In this document: piece after piece, positions 36,401-48,744 of the stretch | How the letters are laid out: the number at the start of each line of letters is the position of its first letter | Numbering within the stretch: the stretch's first letter is position 1 | The notes under the pieces: generated by a model | What the model saw: only the letters and a program-made list of their open reading frames with translations | Databases searched by the model: none | Told to the model about the DNA's origin: nothing | Position numbers and translations under genes: made by a program | NCBI RefSeq assembly: GCF_902713615.1 | Contig: NC_052149.1 | Location: 180,409,126 to 180,473,125 of the forward strand | Origin: Scyliorhinus canicula | Taxonomy: Eukaryota | Direction: 5' to 3' | Length of the DNA stretch: 64,000 nt

Positions 36401-37690
36401 AAATAAGTTTATACCGGACAGTCAGTGAGACTTGGTCAAGGGCAGGTCATCACTGACAAACTTAGTTGAGTTCTTTGATGAGGTGACACAGGTAGTGGAT
36501 GAAGGTAGTGCTGTGGATGTAGATTATTTGGACTTTCAGAAAGCATTTGATACTAAGCCACATGGCAGGTTGGTTAGCAAATTAAAAACGTTTGGGATTA
36601 ATGGGTCCTTGGCAGCTTGTTTTAGAAGTTAGCTAAGAAATAGGAAACAAAGGGTAGGTATAGATGGGCATTTCTCAGGCCGGGGACAAGTTGAAAGTGC
36701 TGTTCCCCAGGACTCAGTGTTGGGACCCTTGCTTTTTCTGATTTATTGAAATGATTTAGAGCAAAATCTCTATGTTTGCAAATGATACTAAGCTAGGGAG
36801 AGTAGTGAATTGTGAGGACGATGCTGAGCAACTTCAGAGGAGCATTAACAGATTGGCCAAATGGGCAGACACCTGGCAGATGAACTTCAATGCAGCAAAA
36901 TGTGAGATAATACATTTTGGTAGAACAAACATGGGGAAATAATACAGGCTGAATGGTACAACTTTGAGGGGAGTACAGAATCAGAGGGACCTCATGGTTT
37001 AAGTGCATAAATCTATGAAGGTAGCTGGCAAGTTGAAACAGTTGTTAAGAAGACTTATACAACCTTGGGTTTATAAATAGAGGTATAGAGAATAAAAGCA
37101 AGGAAGTGATGCTAGACCTCTACAAATCATTGGTCAGACCTTATTTGGAGCATTATGTTCAGTTCTGGGCACCTTATTTAAGGAAGGATGTTAAAGCCCT
37201 GGGGAGAGTGCAGAGGAGATTTACTAGAATTATGCCAGGAATGAGAAATTTTAGATACAAGGAAAGTTTAGTGAAATTGAGCTTGTTCTCCTTGGAGCTG
37301 AGAAGATAAAGAGGTGACCTTATTGAGGTGTTCAAAATTTTGAACAATTTTGACAGGATAAAGAAAGATATTCTATTTCCATTAGTTGGTATGTCAGTGA
37401 CTAGGGAGTCACAATATCAAGATGCTTAGCAAGAGAGCTAGGAGTGAGATGAGGAGAAACTTCTTTACTCAGAGAGTTGTTGGGGTTTGGAATGCGCTGC
37501 CTGGGAGAGTGGTGGAGGTGGATTACATAGGAGTTTTCAAAACAGAGCTGGATACAGTTTTGAAAGTGATGAATTTAGAGTGCTAAGGAGCTAGGGCTCG
37601 GGATAGCTAGGTTGCTCTTTTGGAAGCAAGTGCAGACATGGTGGGCCAAATGGCCTTCTTCTGTGCTGTAAATAACAAACTAACAAACAT
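33460..37690 (+). mobile_element. Near full-length decayed CR1 LINE (esterase-type ORF1 remnant, EN-RT ORF2)
   Basis: VVIVGDFNYPKVDW, KSAGLDGMHPKLL, DFQKAFD, LYKSLVRPYLEH and a 3' tail. Interrupted by the MITE at 35716-36320. Confidence 0.9.
35716..36320. mobile_element. Harbinger-type MITE, left end truncated
   Basis: Ends ggagaatccagccc. Body similar to 2101-2679. Confidence 0.8.
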
Positions 37691-38643
37691 TCATCCCCCA
37701 ACCTTTTGGTTGGCAACCAGTTAACTGGCCTTTAAATGGCCGATTTACATAAGATATGCCAGTTTTCAAAGGCGGGGTTGGGAGCTGGCGGGACACAGAC
37801 TTCCAAATTAGCCTCCAGCACACCATCAAGGTATATGAATTCCAACCCATTACAAAGGCATCGCTCCTAACTCTCCAACCCACCACCAGTGTCAATGGGA
37901 GGGCTTTTACTCCCGTTCCCACCAATGGGATCTTCTGGTTCCTCCAACGGCAGAAGATGCGAACAACAGGAAACCCTGTTCACAGCAACGAGACTGGAAG
38001 AACCTGCCGCCGACCAATGGTGTACCCCTCAACTGCCTCGAAAAGGGGCGAGGAGGGGGGCATGGAAAATCCCATCCAATAAGCATTTCTTTCTGGGTGT
38101 ACAATTAATTAGTCAACGAGTGCCCCCTAACCTGTAGACCTTAATTTGTGCAATTAGCAGATAGTTGATGGCAGCCTCCAGGTAGCAGGTAGAATCTCGA
38201 CGATGGCGAGAGGCGGCTCTTAAATGGCCACTGATTAGCCACTTGAGGTCCTCTACTGTTTCGAAAGAGGGCAGACTTCCAATGGCTACCCTGCTGTTGG
38301 TAAAATTGCAGCAGATATGGGGCCAGGGGCAGGAATGCCAGCACTGTATCCAATTTTAGACATCAACTTACCCATTCCACCCTCCTCCTATCCTGCCCCT
38401 GGGGGTTGGGGGTGGGGAGGGGGTGTGGATGGGGGTGGGGGGGAGAGACCTGAGGAAACAATAACAACTTTCATTCTTTTAGTGAGTCATTTCCTCAAAA
38501 GCTGCCAAAGAATTGTGAGCCGTGAAGTCTATTGTTTCTAAATTCATGCTGCCAATTGCTTATGATTGCTATACTTCAGTCGCCTCAGCTATTTCCCCAG
38601 TTATTTTCTTCTCCTCTTCTTCCATTTTCATTTTGCTTCATAG

Positions 38644-38714
38644 GTACGGCAGTAGTGATTTATTCGGAGGTTTTAGCCATTTTGGATGTGGATGAATCAT
38701 CTCTGCAAATTTGA
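38644..38714 (+). other. Candidate terminal exon of an unidentified host transcript
   Basis: About 45-nt polypyrimidine tract ending cttcatag at 38643. Reads either GTAVVIYSEVLAILDVDESSLQI* or YGSSDLFGGFSHFGCG*. Followed by about 1.7 kb of repeat-free AT-rich DNA with AATAAA at 39301. Confidence 0.4.
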
Positions 38715-40469
38715 AAATATGCTTTCTGAGGAGGATTTTTGATATTTTAAATAATGAAATATTAAAATTTTGCCTTTCAGAAGCTGTTTGAAATGTGGAT
38801 GAAAAGAGATAATTATGTTTTGAATTATCTGTGATATGATTTTTTTTGTCTCAATAATGTATTTCTGAGAAATTATTTACGTTCAGCGTCTAAATTAAAA
38901 AGTAATGCTGGAACAAGTGAAGCATACACAACAATCGTTAGCTGGAACAGTTTTATTTCTGGCAGTAAAAGGACTTCTGGGAGAATTGCCGGTCTCTTTG
39001 ACCTGGCCATCTATTTCAGGACATGAGCTGCTTACTGTTGCTTGTATTCCTTTTCGTCTGGGATTTATTTTGGACAATGTTTGTCCAAAGGTTTTCATTC
39101 CCCTTTAGCCTCCTGTTTTATCTCCTGAAATTTGGATTAGGCCTTTGTTCCTGCAATTCACTTTGATTATTGCTAATGGAAGTGAAGTCTGACTCACTCT
39201 CAAAGGTCAAATCATCCATTTCATCTTGTGGAACTTTTTGATTGATTCCTAATTTTCCTTTTCTGTAGCTTGCAAGCAGAACAGCAAGGCAAGAAATAGC
39301 AATAAATTGTGTTTGTGTTTAACCAGTAATTGTCATTAGTTATATCACTATTACGCTCCAAATAACTTCAGCAACTTACGGCAGGATCAGTAAGTTTTTC
39401 TTTTAACATTTCCCTTTGTAAAGGAATTGTAACCTATAAATCAAAAGCAGAATTAAACAGCAAAGGCGACTTCACTTCTTTCAGCACTGAAATAAATCCT
39501 CATTTTAGAATTGAAGTACTGAAATGCGTTTTTTTGCGGAATGACCTTCAACATGTACAGGGCACTTTATTCATGATCTTCACCACTTAATTGCTTTGTG
39601 AGATGATTTTCTTAATTTGTTCTCAAACACACTTCTGCAGCAGTCCTCAGCATATTGTGAGTCAGCTTGTCTTCCTCCGAATCACCACTCTTATTTGTTA
39701 AATGGAATTTGTCTTCATTCAGCCAATAATAAATCACTTCTGAACCCAAGGGGCCAGAGCAGTAGAATCCATTTGCCAATGAATCCTTTGTTCATGTAAC
39801 TCCATTTTCCAGGTATGAAACTAAGAATTCTCAATGGAGCAAAATGCAAAATGTAAATATGTAGTTATCCAAAATGATTACATTTCACATGACCTCTAAT
39901 TCTCTTTTAAACAACCAACAGTCACCTCAGTAGCTCCTAATGCAGCCTTAACCCACTAGTTCAGAATTCTGGAATACCCTGTTTAGGAACTGTTAGCTTG
40001 AACAAGAGGGAATAACAGAGGCAAAGGCACAAATAGCTTCTATAACTGGAGATTTGTACAGTTGTACAGAAACCAAATATTGACACTTGTAAGGTAATCA
40101 TTACTTTGAACCAACATAAAATAATTTTCTCTTGTTTTATGCACAAAAATGGAATAACTTCCATCTGTGCATGGGGATCCTTTCTCTTATTTGAAACATA
40201 TGCAGTGCTTCCTTTATGCTTTTTAAATGGAAATTGTGTGTTGTATGACTGTATGGCTGTTAAAAATGATTTGTTTGTTTTGCGATTATTTCTCTGTCTT
40301 TATTCCTCCAGCCCGATACACTGGGACCAATTATCCCTCCCATCGCAGTGATAGAATCATGGACACAACATAATGCTGACACATGCAATGTTATCTATCA
40401 GCTTTCCTCCACTGTGCTCTACAAAATCCAATACATTCACAAACTAACAAAAATAAGTGAGAGGCGTAC

Positions 40470-41120
40470 TGGGCTGGAGTTTACTCATCCCCTCCAGCGC
40501 ATTTGAAAGCAGAAGGGTGTCCTTCCCGCTCCACCTCCGACCTGTCTGAAATGTTGCAGGGAGGGCAGTAGTAGTGTTGGGAGGTTCACCAACCCTTGAT
40601 CCCCTATTGAAGCCCCTAAGTTACCAGTTAAGGCCTGCTTAAGGGCCTCACCTTGTTGCCATTGGGATTTTATTTGGAGCAGGCAGGGATCCAGGAGATA
40701 TAGCTCGATGGGTTGTGTCGAGTGGGAACGAGAGAACCTCCTTTGTGGGTACCCTGGGTCAATCAGAGGTAATTTCTCCCCTTTAACCCTCCCACGAGGC
40801 CTCTTGAATCTAACTTTTCCCCACTCACCCTTCAGCCTTGTCGGCCCAGTGAGAGTCTTGACCCCAGACGTAACTCAGGACCAACTGCCAACTGTATTCC
40901 CAGCAGCGGCCACTGGACCCAGTGGAACTGCTGGGAATACAGAGTTGCCATCTGATTGGACAACAGCTCTCTGAGGCGAACTTCCTCCCGAAAACGAGGC
41001 AGAAGTCTAATCTTCAAGCAATTGATGCTGCATTAAACTCCTGTGGGGAGCAGCAATTCGAATTTTGGCTGACCTTTCAGCAGGGTGGGTAGGGACCACA
41101 GCATCTGGTAATGTCCAGCC
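40470..41120. mobile_element. Old non-autonomous Harbinger-type element
   Basis: gggctggagtttac ... gtaatgtccagcc inverted termini. Confidence 0.6.
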
Positions 41121-41256
41121 AACTGCATTTGGTTTTGCGTCAGTTGCCAACTATAAACTGAGTGGAGTTCCTACAATTAAAAGGAGAAAAGCAAGCCATT
41201 TCATTCAAATTACTTGTCAAATCGCATGTGCCTATAACTTCCTCGGAGTGGCAACA

Positions 41257-41527
41257 ATAATCTTTATTGTCACAAGTGGCTTACAGTAACACTGCAATGA
41301 AGTTACTATAAAAATCCCCGAGTCACCACATTCCGGCGCCTATTTCGGTACACAGAGGGAGAATTCATAACGTCTAAATTACCTAATAGGACGTCTTTCA
41401 GGATTGTGAGAGGAAACCGGAGCACCCGGAGAACATGCAGACTCCTCACAGGCAATGCCCCAAGCTGGAAATCGAACCTGGGACCCTGGCGCTGTGAAGC
41501 CATAGTGCTAACCACTATGCTACCATC
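41257..41527 (-). mobile_element. HE1-head SINE with alternative tail
   Basis: Reverse complement resembles 15941-16230. Confidence 0.85.
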
Positions 41528-42279
41528 ACCATTGTATAGAGAATTAGAAAAGCAAAGTTAAAGGAGATGGGAGAAGTGCAGGCCAACGATGAGCACTTTC
41601 AACTAATTAAAGGAGCCGAGGGCTCAGGAGAGTTTAGTAAAGTTCCCAGACCGCGTAATGGAAAAGAGGGAATATAGGGTGGCAGGAATCTAACCTCAGG
41701 CAGAGCAAAAAAGGTGACAGGTATGAGAAGGGAGGTGGTCAATGCAAGACTGAGGGTGTTATATCTGAATGCACGCAGTATACAGGACAAGGTAAATGAG
41801 CTTGTTGCGCACATTGAAATTGGCTGGTATGGTATTGTGGGCATCTCAGAGGCGTGGCTGCAAGGACATCCAGGCTGGGATCTAAATATCCAAGGATATG
41901 TGACCTATCAAAAGGATTGGCAGATGGACAAAGGGTGTGAGGTTGCATTGTTAGTAAGGAATGAAGTTAAATCGATAGCAAGAAGTGATATAGGATCAGA
42001 AGGCATAGAATCTCTTTGGGTATGTGGGTAGAGTTGAGGAATCGCAAAGATAAAAAGGCCCTGGTGGGAGTTATGTACAGACTCCCCAGCAGCAGTCAGG
42101 ATGTGGGGCAGAAAATAAGTCAGGAGATAAAAAAGGAATATAAAAAAGACAATATTACAATAATCATGGGGAACTTCAATGTGCAGGTGGACTGGGAAAA
42201 TCAAGAAAAGGAAATTGTTGAATGTCTACGAGATGGTTTTTTGGAGCAGCTTGTGACAGAGCCTACTATGGAACAGGCT

Positions 42280-43232
42280 AAGAACATAAGAACATAAGAA
42301 CTAGGAGCAGGAGTAGGCCATCTGGCCCCTCGAGCCTGCTCCGCCATTCAATTAGATCATGGCTGATCTTTTGTGGACTCAGCTCCACTTTCCGGCCCGA
42401 ACACCATAACCCTTAATCCCTTTATTCTTCAAAACTATCTATCTTTACCTTAAAAACATGTAATGAAGGAGCCTCAACTGCTTCACTGGGCAAGGAATTC
42501 CATAGATTCACAACCCTTTGGGTGAAGAAGTTCCTCCTAAACTCAGTCATAAATCTACTTCCCCTTATTTTGAGGCTATGTCCCCCAGTTCTGCTTTCAC
42601 CCACCAGTGAAAACAACCTGCCCGCATCTATCCTATCTATTCCCTTCATAATTTTAAATGTTTCTATAAGATCCCTCCTCATCCTTCTAAATTCCAATGA
42701 GTACAGTCCCAGTCTACTCAACCTCTCCTCATAATCCAACCCCTTCAGCTCTGGGATTAACCTAGTGAATCTCCTCTGCACACCCTCCAGTGCCAGTATG
42801 TCCTTTCTCAAGTAAGGAGACCAAAACTGAACACAATACTCCAGGTGTGGCCTCACTAACACCTTATACAATTGCAACATAACCTCCCTAGTCTTAAACT
42901 CCATCCCTCTAGCAATGAAGGACAAAATTCCATTTGCCTTCTTAATCACCTGTTGCACCTGTAAACCAACTTTCTGTGACTCATGCACTAGCACACCAGG
43001 TCACTCTGCACGGCGGCATGCTTTAATATTTTATCGTTAAATAATAATCCCGTTTGCTGTTATTCCTACCAAAATGGATAACCTCACATTTGTCAACATT
43101 GTATTCTATCTGCCAGACCCTAGCCCATTCACTTAATCTATCCAAATCCCTCTGCAGACTTCCAGTATCCTCTGCACTTTTCGCTTTACCACTCATCTTA
43201 GTGTCATCTGCAAACTTGGACACATTGCCCTT
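42280..43232 (-). mobile_element. Young CR1 3' fragment nested in CR1
   Basis: Open 190-aa C-terminal frame (42422-42994), KFADDTK, and a tail of aagaacat repeats. Confidence 0.92.
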
Positions 43233-44533
43233 GGTAGACTTGATCAGGGAACTTAAGGTGAATGAACCCTTAGGGAGCAGTGACCACAATATGATAGAAT
43301 TTACTCTGCAGTTTAAGAGGGAGAAGCTGCAATCAGATGTAACGGTATTACAATTAAATAAGGGTAACTACAAAATACGAGGGAGGAGCTGAACAGAGTT
43401 CATTGGAAGAGGAGCCTAGCAGGGAGGACAGTGGAACAGCAATTGCAGCGGTTTTTGGGGGTTATTTGGGAGGCACACTGAAAATCATCCCAAGGAGGAG
43501 GAAACATGCTCAGGGGAGGACGAGGCATCCATGGCTGTCGAGGGAAGTCAAGGACTGCATGCATTAAAGCAAAAGAAAAATCATACAAAGTGGCAAGGAT
43601 GAGTGGGAAGCCAGAGGATTGGGAAGCCTTTAATAGCGAGCAGAGGACAACTAAAAACAATACAGGGAAAAGATGAAATATGAATGCAAGCTTGCTGGTA
43701 ATATAAAAGAAGATCGGAAGAGTTTTTTTAAATATATAAAAGGTAAGAGAGAGGCAAACATAGACATTAAGCCACTGGAAAATGAGGCTTGAGAAGTAAT
43801 AATAGGAAACAAAGAAATGGCAGAGGAACTGAAGTTACTTTGCATCAGTTTTCATGATGAAAGACATGAGTCAGATGCCAGAACTCCAAGAGAATCATGG
43901 GGCACAGGTGAGTGTAGTGGCCATCACTGAGAAGGTTCTGGGGAAACTGAAAAGTCTGAAGGTGGATAAATCACCTGGACTAGATGGGCGACACCCCACG
44001 GTTCTGAAGGAGATAGTTGAGAAGATTGTTGAGGCATTGGTAGTGATCATTCAGGAATCCCTGGAGCAAGAGAGAGTCCTAGAGGAGTGAAAAGTAGCTA
44101 ATGTAACACCACTGTTTAAGAAGGGAGGGAGGCAAACGATGGAAATGATAGGCCGGTTAGCCTAACTTCGGTCACTGGCAAGAGTTTAGAGTCCTTTATT
44201 AAAGATGAGATCGTGGAGTACTTGGAAGTGCATGATAAAATAGGACTGAGTCAGCATGGCTTCGTCAAGCGGAGGTCATGTCTGACAAATCTGTTAGCGA
44301 TCTTTGAGGAAGTAACAAGGAAGTTAGACAAAGGAGAACCAATGGACGTGATTTATTTAGATTTCCACAAGGCCTGTGATAACGTCCCGCATAGGAGACT
44401 GTTAAAGAGCCCATGGTGTTAAGGGTAATATTCTGGCATGGATAGATGATTGTCTGACTGGCAGAAGGCAGAGAGTGGGGATAAAGGGGTCTTTTACAGG
44501 ACGACAGTTGATGACTAGTGATGTGCTAGTGAT

Positions 44534-44761
44534 AGGAGGGAGGGGGGGAGGGAGGGAGTCGGGGGGAGTGGGGGGTGGAGGGGGGGGGAGGGAGGGGGAG
44601 GGAGGGGGAGAGGGGGGGTAGGGAGGGGGGAGGAGGGAGGGGGGGGGAGGGAGGGAGGGGGGGAGGGGGGGAAGGGGGGGAGGGGGGGGAAGGGGGGGGG
44701 AGGGAGGGGGGGGAGGGGAGGGAGGGAGGGGGGAGGGAGGGGGGAGGGAGGGAGGGGGGGG
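44534..44761 (+). repeat. G-rich polypurine low-complexity tract (GGGA-like)
   Basis: About 228 nt almost entirely G and A. Confidence 0.9.
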
Positions 44762-45756
44762 TTTGTTAGGTTACGGGTATACTCCGCACAGACAGTGACC
44801 CAGCCGGGAACCGAACCTGGGACCCTGGAGCTGTGAAGCATTTATGCTAGTACAAGAGCAGGAATGTACTTCTAAGGCTGTGCAAGACTCTGGATAGACC
44901 CCATTTGGAGTATTGTGAGCAGTTGTGTGCCCCGTATCTAAGGAAGGATGTGCTGGCCTTGGAATTAAGAGCTTGTCATATGAGGAGAAATTGAGGACTC
45001 TGGGTCTGTACCCGTTGGAGTTTAGGAGGATGAGGGGGGAGCTTATTGAAACTTACAGGATACTGCGTGGCCTGGATAGAATGGATGTAGAGAGGATGTT
45101 TCCACTTGTAGGAAAAACTAGAACAAGAGGACAAAACCTCAGACTCAAAGGATGATCCTTTAAAACAGAGATGAGGAGGGATTTCTTCAGGCGGAGGGAG
45201 TAAATCTGTGGAACTCTTTGCTGCAGAAGACTGTGGAGGCCAAATCACTGAGTGTCTTTAAGACAGAGATGGATAGGTTCTTGATTAATAAGGGGATCAG
45301 GGGTTATGGGAAAAATGCAGGAGACTGGGGATGAGAAAAATATCAGTCATAATTGAATGGAGGAGCAGACTCGATGGGCTGAGTGGCCTAATTCTGCTCC
45401 TATGTTTTATGGCCTTATTGCCACTCTGTGCTAATTAGTTATGCCAAGTGTTTTCCATGCCTTTCTCGCCCGACCTTCCAAATTAGGCCTGGGCGATGCA
45501 AGGAACACAACAGTCCTGAAGGCCCAGCTTTGCAGTCCAGCAGCATGGGATTGAAGGAGGACAGTCTCTTTTTATGGCACTAGCTGCTGTTAACAAGGTG
45601 ATCTTAAAGGTCCTTTCTATTTGACAGGCCAGGGAGAAGATAAGTATCTCAGGTTAGTGGAGAGAATTTGAAGGATTGGACCGCAGGTGGGGGTCGAACA
45701 TCAGGGAACAGTGGGAAGTGGGGTGTCAGATATCGGAGGGCCGGACCACGGCAGGG

Positions 45757-46895
45757 ATAGAACACAGAACAGTACAGCACAGTACAGGCCCTTTGACCCA
45801 TGATGTTGTGCCGACCATTTTTCCTGATCTAAGATCAACCTAACCTACACCCCTTCAATTTACTGCTGTCCTTGTGCCTGTCCAAGAGTCGCTTAAATGT
45901 CCCTAATGACTATGACACCAACTCTTCCGCTGGCAGTGCATTCCACGCACCAACCACTCTGTGTAAAGAACCTAACTCTGACATCTGCCCTATATGTTCC
46001 TCCAATCACCTTAAAATTATGTCCCCTCGTGACAGCCATTTCCGCCCTGGGGAAAAGTCTCTGGCTATCCACTCTATCCATGCCTCTCATCACCTTGTAC
46101 ACCTATATCAAGTAACCTCTCTTTCTTCTTCACTCCAGTGAGAAAAGCCCCAGCTCCCTCAAACTTCCTTCATAAGATATGCCCGCCCGTCCAGGCAGCA
46201 TCCTGATAAATCTCCTCTGCACCCTCTCCAAAGCATTGACATCCTTCCTATAATGAGGTGACCAGAACTGTACACAATGTTCCAAGTGTGGTCTAACTAG
46301 CATTTTATAAAGCTGCAGCAAAACCTCGCGGTTCTTAAACTCAATCCCCCTGATAATGAAAGTGAACACATCATACGCCTTCTTAACAAATCCATCAACC
46401 TGGGTGGCAACTTTGAGGGATCTATGTACATTGACCTCAAGATCCCTCTGTTCCTCCACACTTCCTAGAATCCTGCCTTTAACCCTGCATTCAGCATTTA
46501 AATTCAACCAACCAAAATGAATCACTTCATACTAATCTAGGTTGAACTCCATCTGTCACTTCTCAGCCCAGCTCTGCATCCTGCCAATGTCCTGTAGTAA
46601 CCTGTAACAGCCCTCGATACTATCCACAACTTCACCAACCTTCGTGTCATCAGCAAATTTACTAACCCACCCTTCCACTTACTCATCCAAGCCATTTATA
46701 AAAACCACAAAGAGCAGAGGTCCCAGAACATATCCCTGCTGGAAACTACTTGTCACCGACCTCCAGCCGGAATACTTTCCATCCCCTACTACTCACTACC
46801 TTCTTTCGGCCAGCCAATTCTGTACCATGACAGCCAAATTTCCCTGTATCTCATGCCCCCTGACTTTCTGAATGAGCCTACCATGGCAACCTTAT
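45757..46895 (-). mobile_element. CR1 LINE 3' fragment
   Basis: LYKMLVRPHLEHCVQFWSP and a reverse 3' tail at 45757. Confidence 0.9.
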
Positions 46896-47109
46896 CAAGC
46901 CAGGGATACCGGAAGTCTGCAGAGGGATTTGGCTAGGTTAAGTGAATGGGCTAGCCTCTGGCAGATGGAATACAACGTTGACAAATGTGAGGTTATCCAT
47001 CTTGATAGGAATAAAAGCAAAGGGGATTATTATTTAAATGATAAAATATTAAAACATGCTTCTGTGTAGAGAGACCTGGGTGTGCTAGTGCATGAGTCTG
47101 TTCGTGCGT

Positions 47110-47325
47110 ATTCTCAGACTTCTGTATCTCCTGCCGATGGAAGAAGTTGGAAGAGTGAGTAAGCCAGATGGGAGGGGCCTTTGATTATGCTGCCCACTTT
47201 CCCCAGGCAGCGAGAGCTGTAGATGGAGTCAATGAATGGGAGGCAGGTTCGTGTGATGAACTGGGCAATGTTCACGACTCTCTGAAGTTTCTTGCAGTCC
47301 TGGGCCGAGCAGTTGCTATACCAGG
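47110..47325 (-). mobile_element. Rex1/Babar-like LINE C-terminal fragment
   Basis: WYSNCSAQDCKKLQRVVNIAQFIT...PSHLAYSLFQLLPS. Confidence 0.65.
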
Positions 47326-47385
47326 CTACATTGATGAAGGTCGGGCAGTAGGTGTGGTGTATATGGATTTCAGTAAGGCATTTAA

Positions 47386-48510
47386 ACATAAGAAAATAAG
47401 AACTAGGAGCAGGAGTAGGCCATCTGGCCCCTCGAGCCTGCTCTGCCATGCAATGAGATCATGGCTGATATTTTGTGGACTCAGCTCCACTTTCCTGTCT
47501 GAACACCAGAACCCTTAATCCCTTTATTCTTCAAAAAACTATCTATCTTTATCTTAAAAACATTTAATGAAGGAGCCTCAATTGCCTCACTGGACAAGGA
47601 ATTCCATAGATTCACAACCCTTTGGGTGAAGAAGTTCCTCCTGAGCTCAGTCCTAAATTTACTTCCCCTTATTTTGAGGCTATGCCCCCCAGTTCTGCTT
47701 TCACCCGCCAGTGGAAATACACTGCCCACATCTATCCTATCTATTCCCTTCATAATTTTATATGTTTCTATAAGATCCCCCCCACATCCTTCTAAATTCC
47801 AACAAGTACAGTCCCAGTCTACTCAACCTCTCCTCGTAATCCAACCCCCTCAACTCTGGAATTAACCTTGTGAATCGCCTCTGCACATCCTCCAGCGTCA
47901 GGTAAGGAGACCAAAACTGAACACAATACTCAAGGTGTGGCCTCACTAACACCTTATACAATTGCAGCATAACCTCCCTAGTCTTAAACTCCATTCCTCT
48001 AGCAATGAAGGACAAAACTGAATTCACCTTCTTAATCACCTGTTGCGCCTGTAAACCAATTTTTTGCGATCATGCACTAGGACAGCGAGGTCCCTCTACA
48101 CAGCAGCATGTTTTAATATTTTATCATTTAAATAATAATCCCTTTTGCTTTTATTCCTACCAAAATGGATAACCTCACATTTGTCAACATTGTATTCCAT
48201 CTGCCAGACCCTAGCCCATTCAAACTATCCAAATTCCTCTGCAGACGTCCAGTATCCTCAACATTTTTTTTGCTTCACCACTCATCTTAGTGTCGTCTGC
48301 AAACTTGGACACTTTGCCCTTGGTCCCCAACTCCAAATCATCTATGCAAATTGTGAACAATTGTGGGTCCAACACTGATTCCTGAGGGACACTACTAGCT
48401 GCTGATTGCCAGCCAGAGAAACACCCATTAATCCGCACTCTTTGATTCCTATTAATTAACCAATCCTCTATCCATGTTACTACTTTACCCTTAACGCCAT
48501 GCATCCTTAT
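47386..48510 (-). mobile_element. CR1 3' fragment, same subfamily as 42280-43232
   Basis: Closely similar sequence throughout, including SVPQESVLDPQLFTICIDDL...KFADD. Confidence 0.92.
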
Positions 48511-48744
48511 ACAAAACAAGGCAAATTAGAAAGCAGTGATTAAGGGCTTTTTTAATTAAAGAGAGGTACAAACTGTACAATTTAAGGAAGGGGGATAGAA
48601 TGAGTCTCGTCAAAGCCTGAATGTTGGACAGGTGATTTAATTGTACCATAAACAAAAACATGTTCAGTGATCTTATGATAATCTTACTGCCAGTTGTATA
48701 ATTCTACATAGTGAACAAAACTCCCATCGACACTTCTATTTACC

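Larger units (their letters stand above)
41530..45418 (+). mobile_element. CR1 LINE ORF2 and 3' end, interrupted
   Basis: LRVLYLNARSI, IIMGNFNVQVDW, SSDHNMIEF, KSPGLDG, LDFHKACDNVPH, 3' tail near 45400. Confidence 0.9.

Noticed and set aside
42422-42994. 190-aa intact ORF
   Set aside because: C-terminus of CR1 ORF2 in a 5'-truncated copy, not a host gene.
44515-44841. Proline-rich and Gly/Glu/Arg-rich ORFs
   Set aside because: Translations of the G-rich low-complexity tract.
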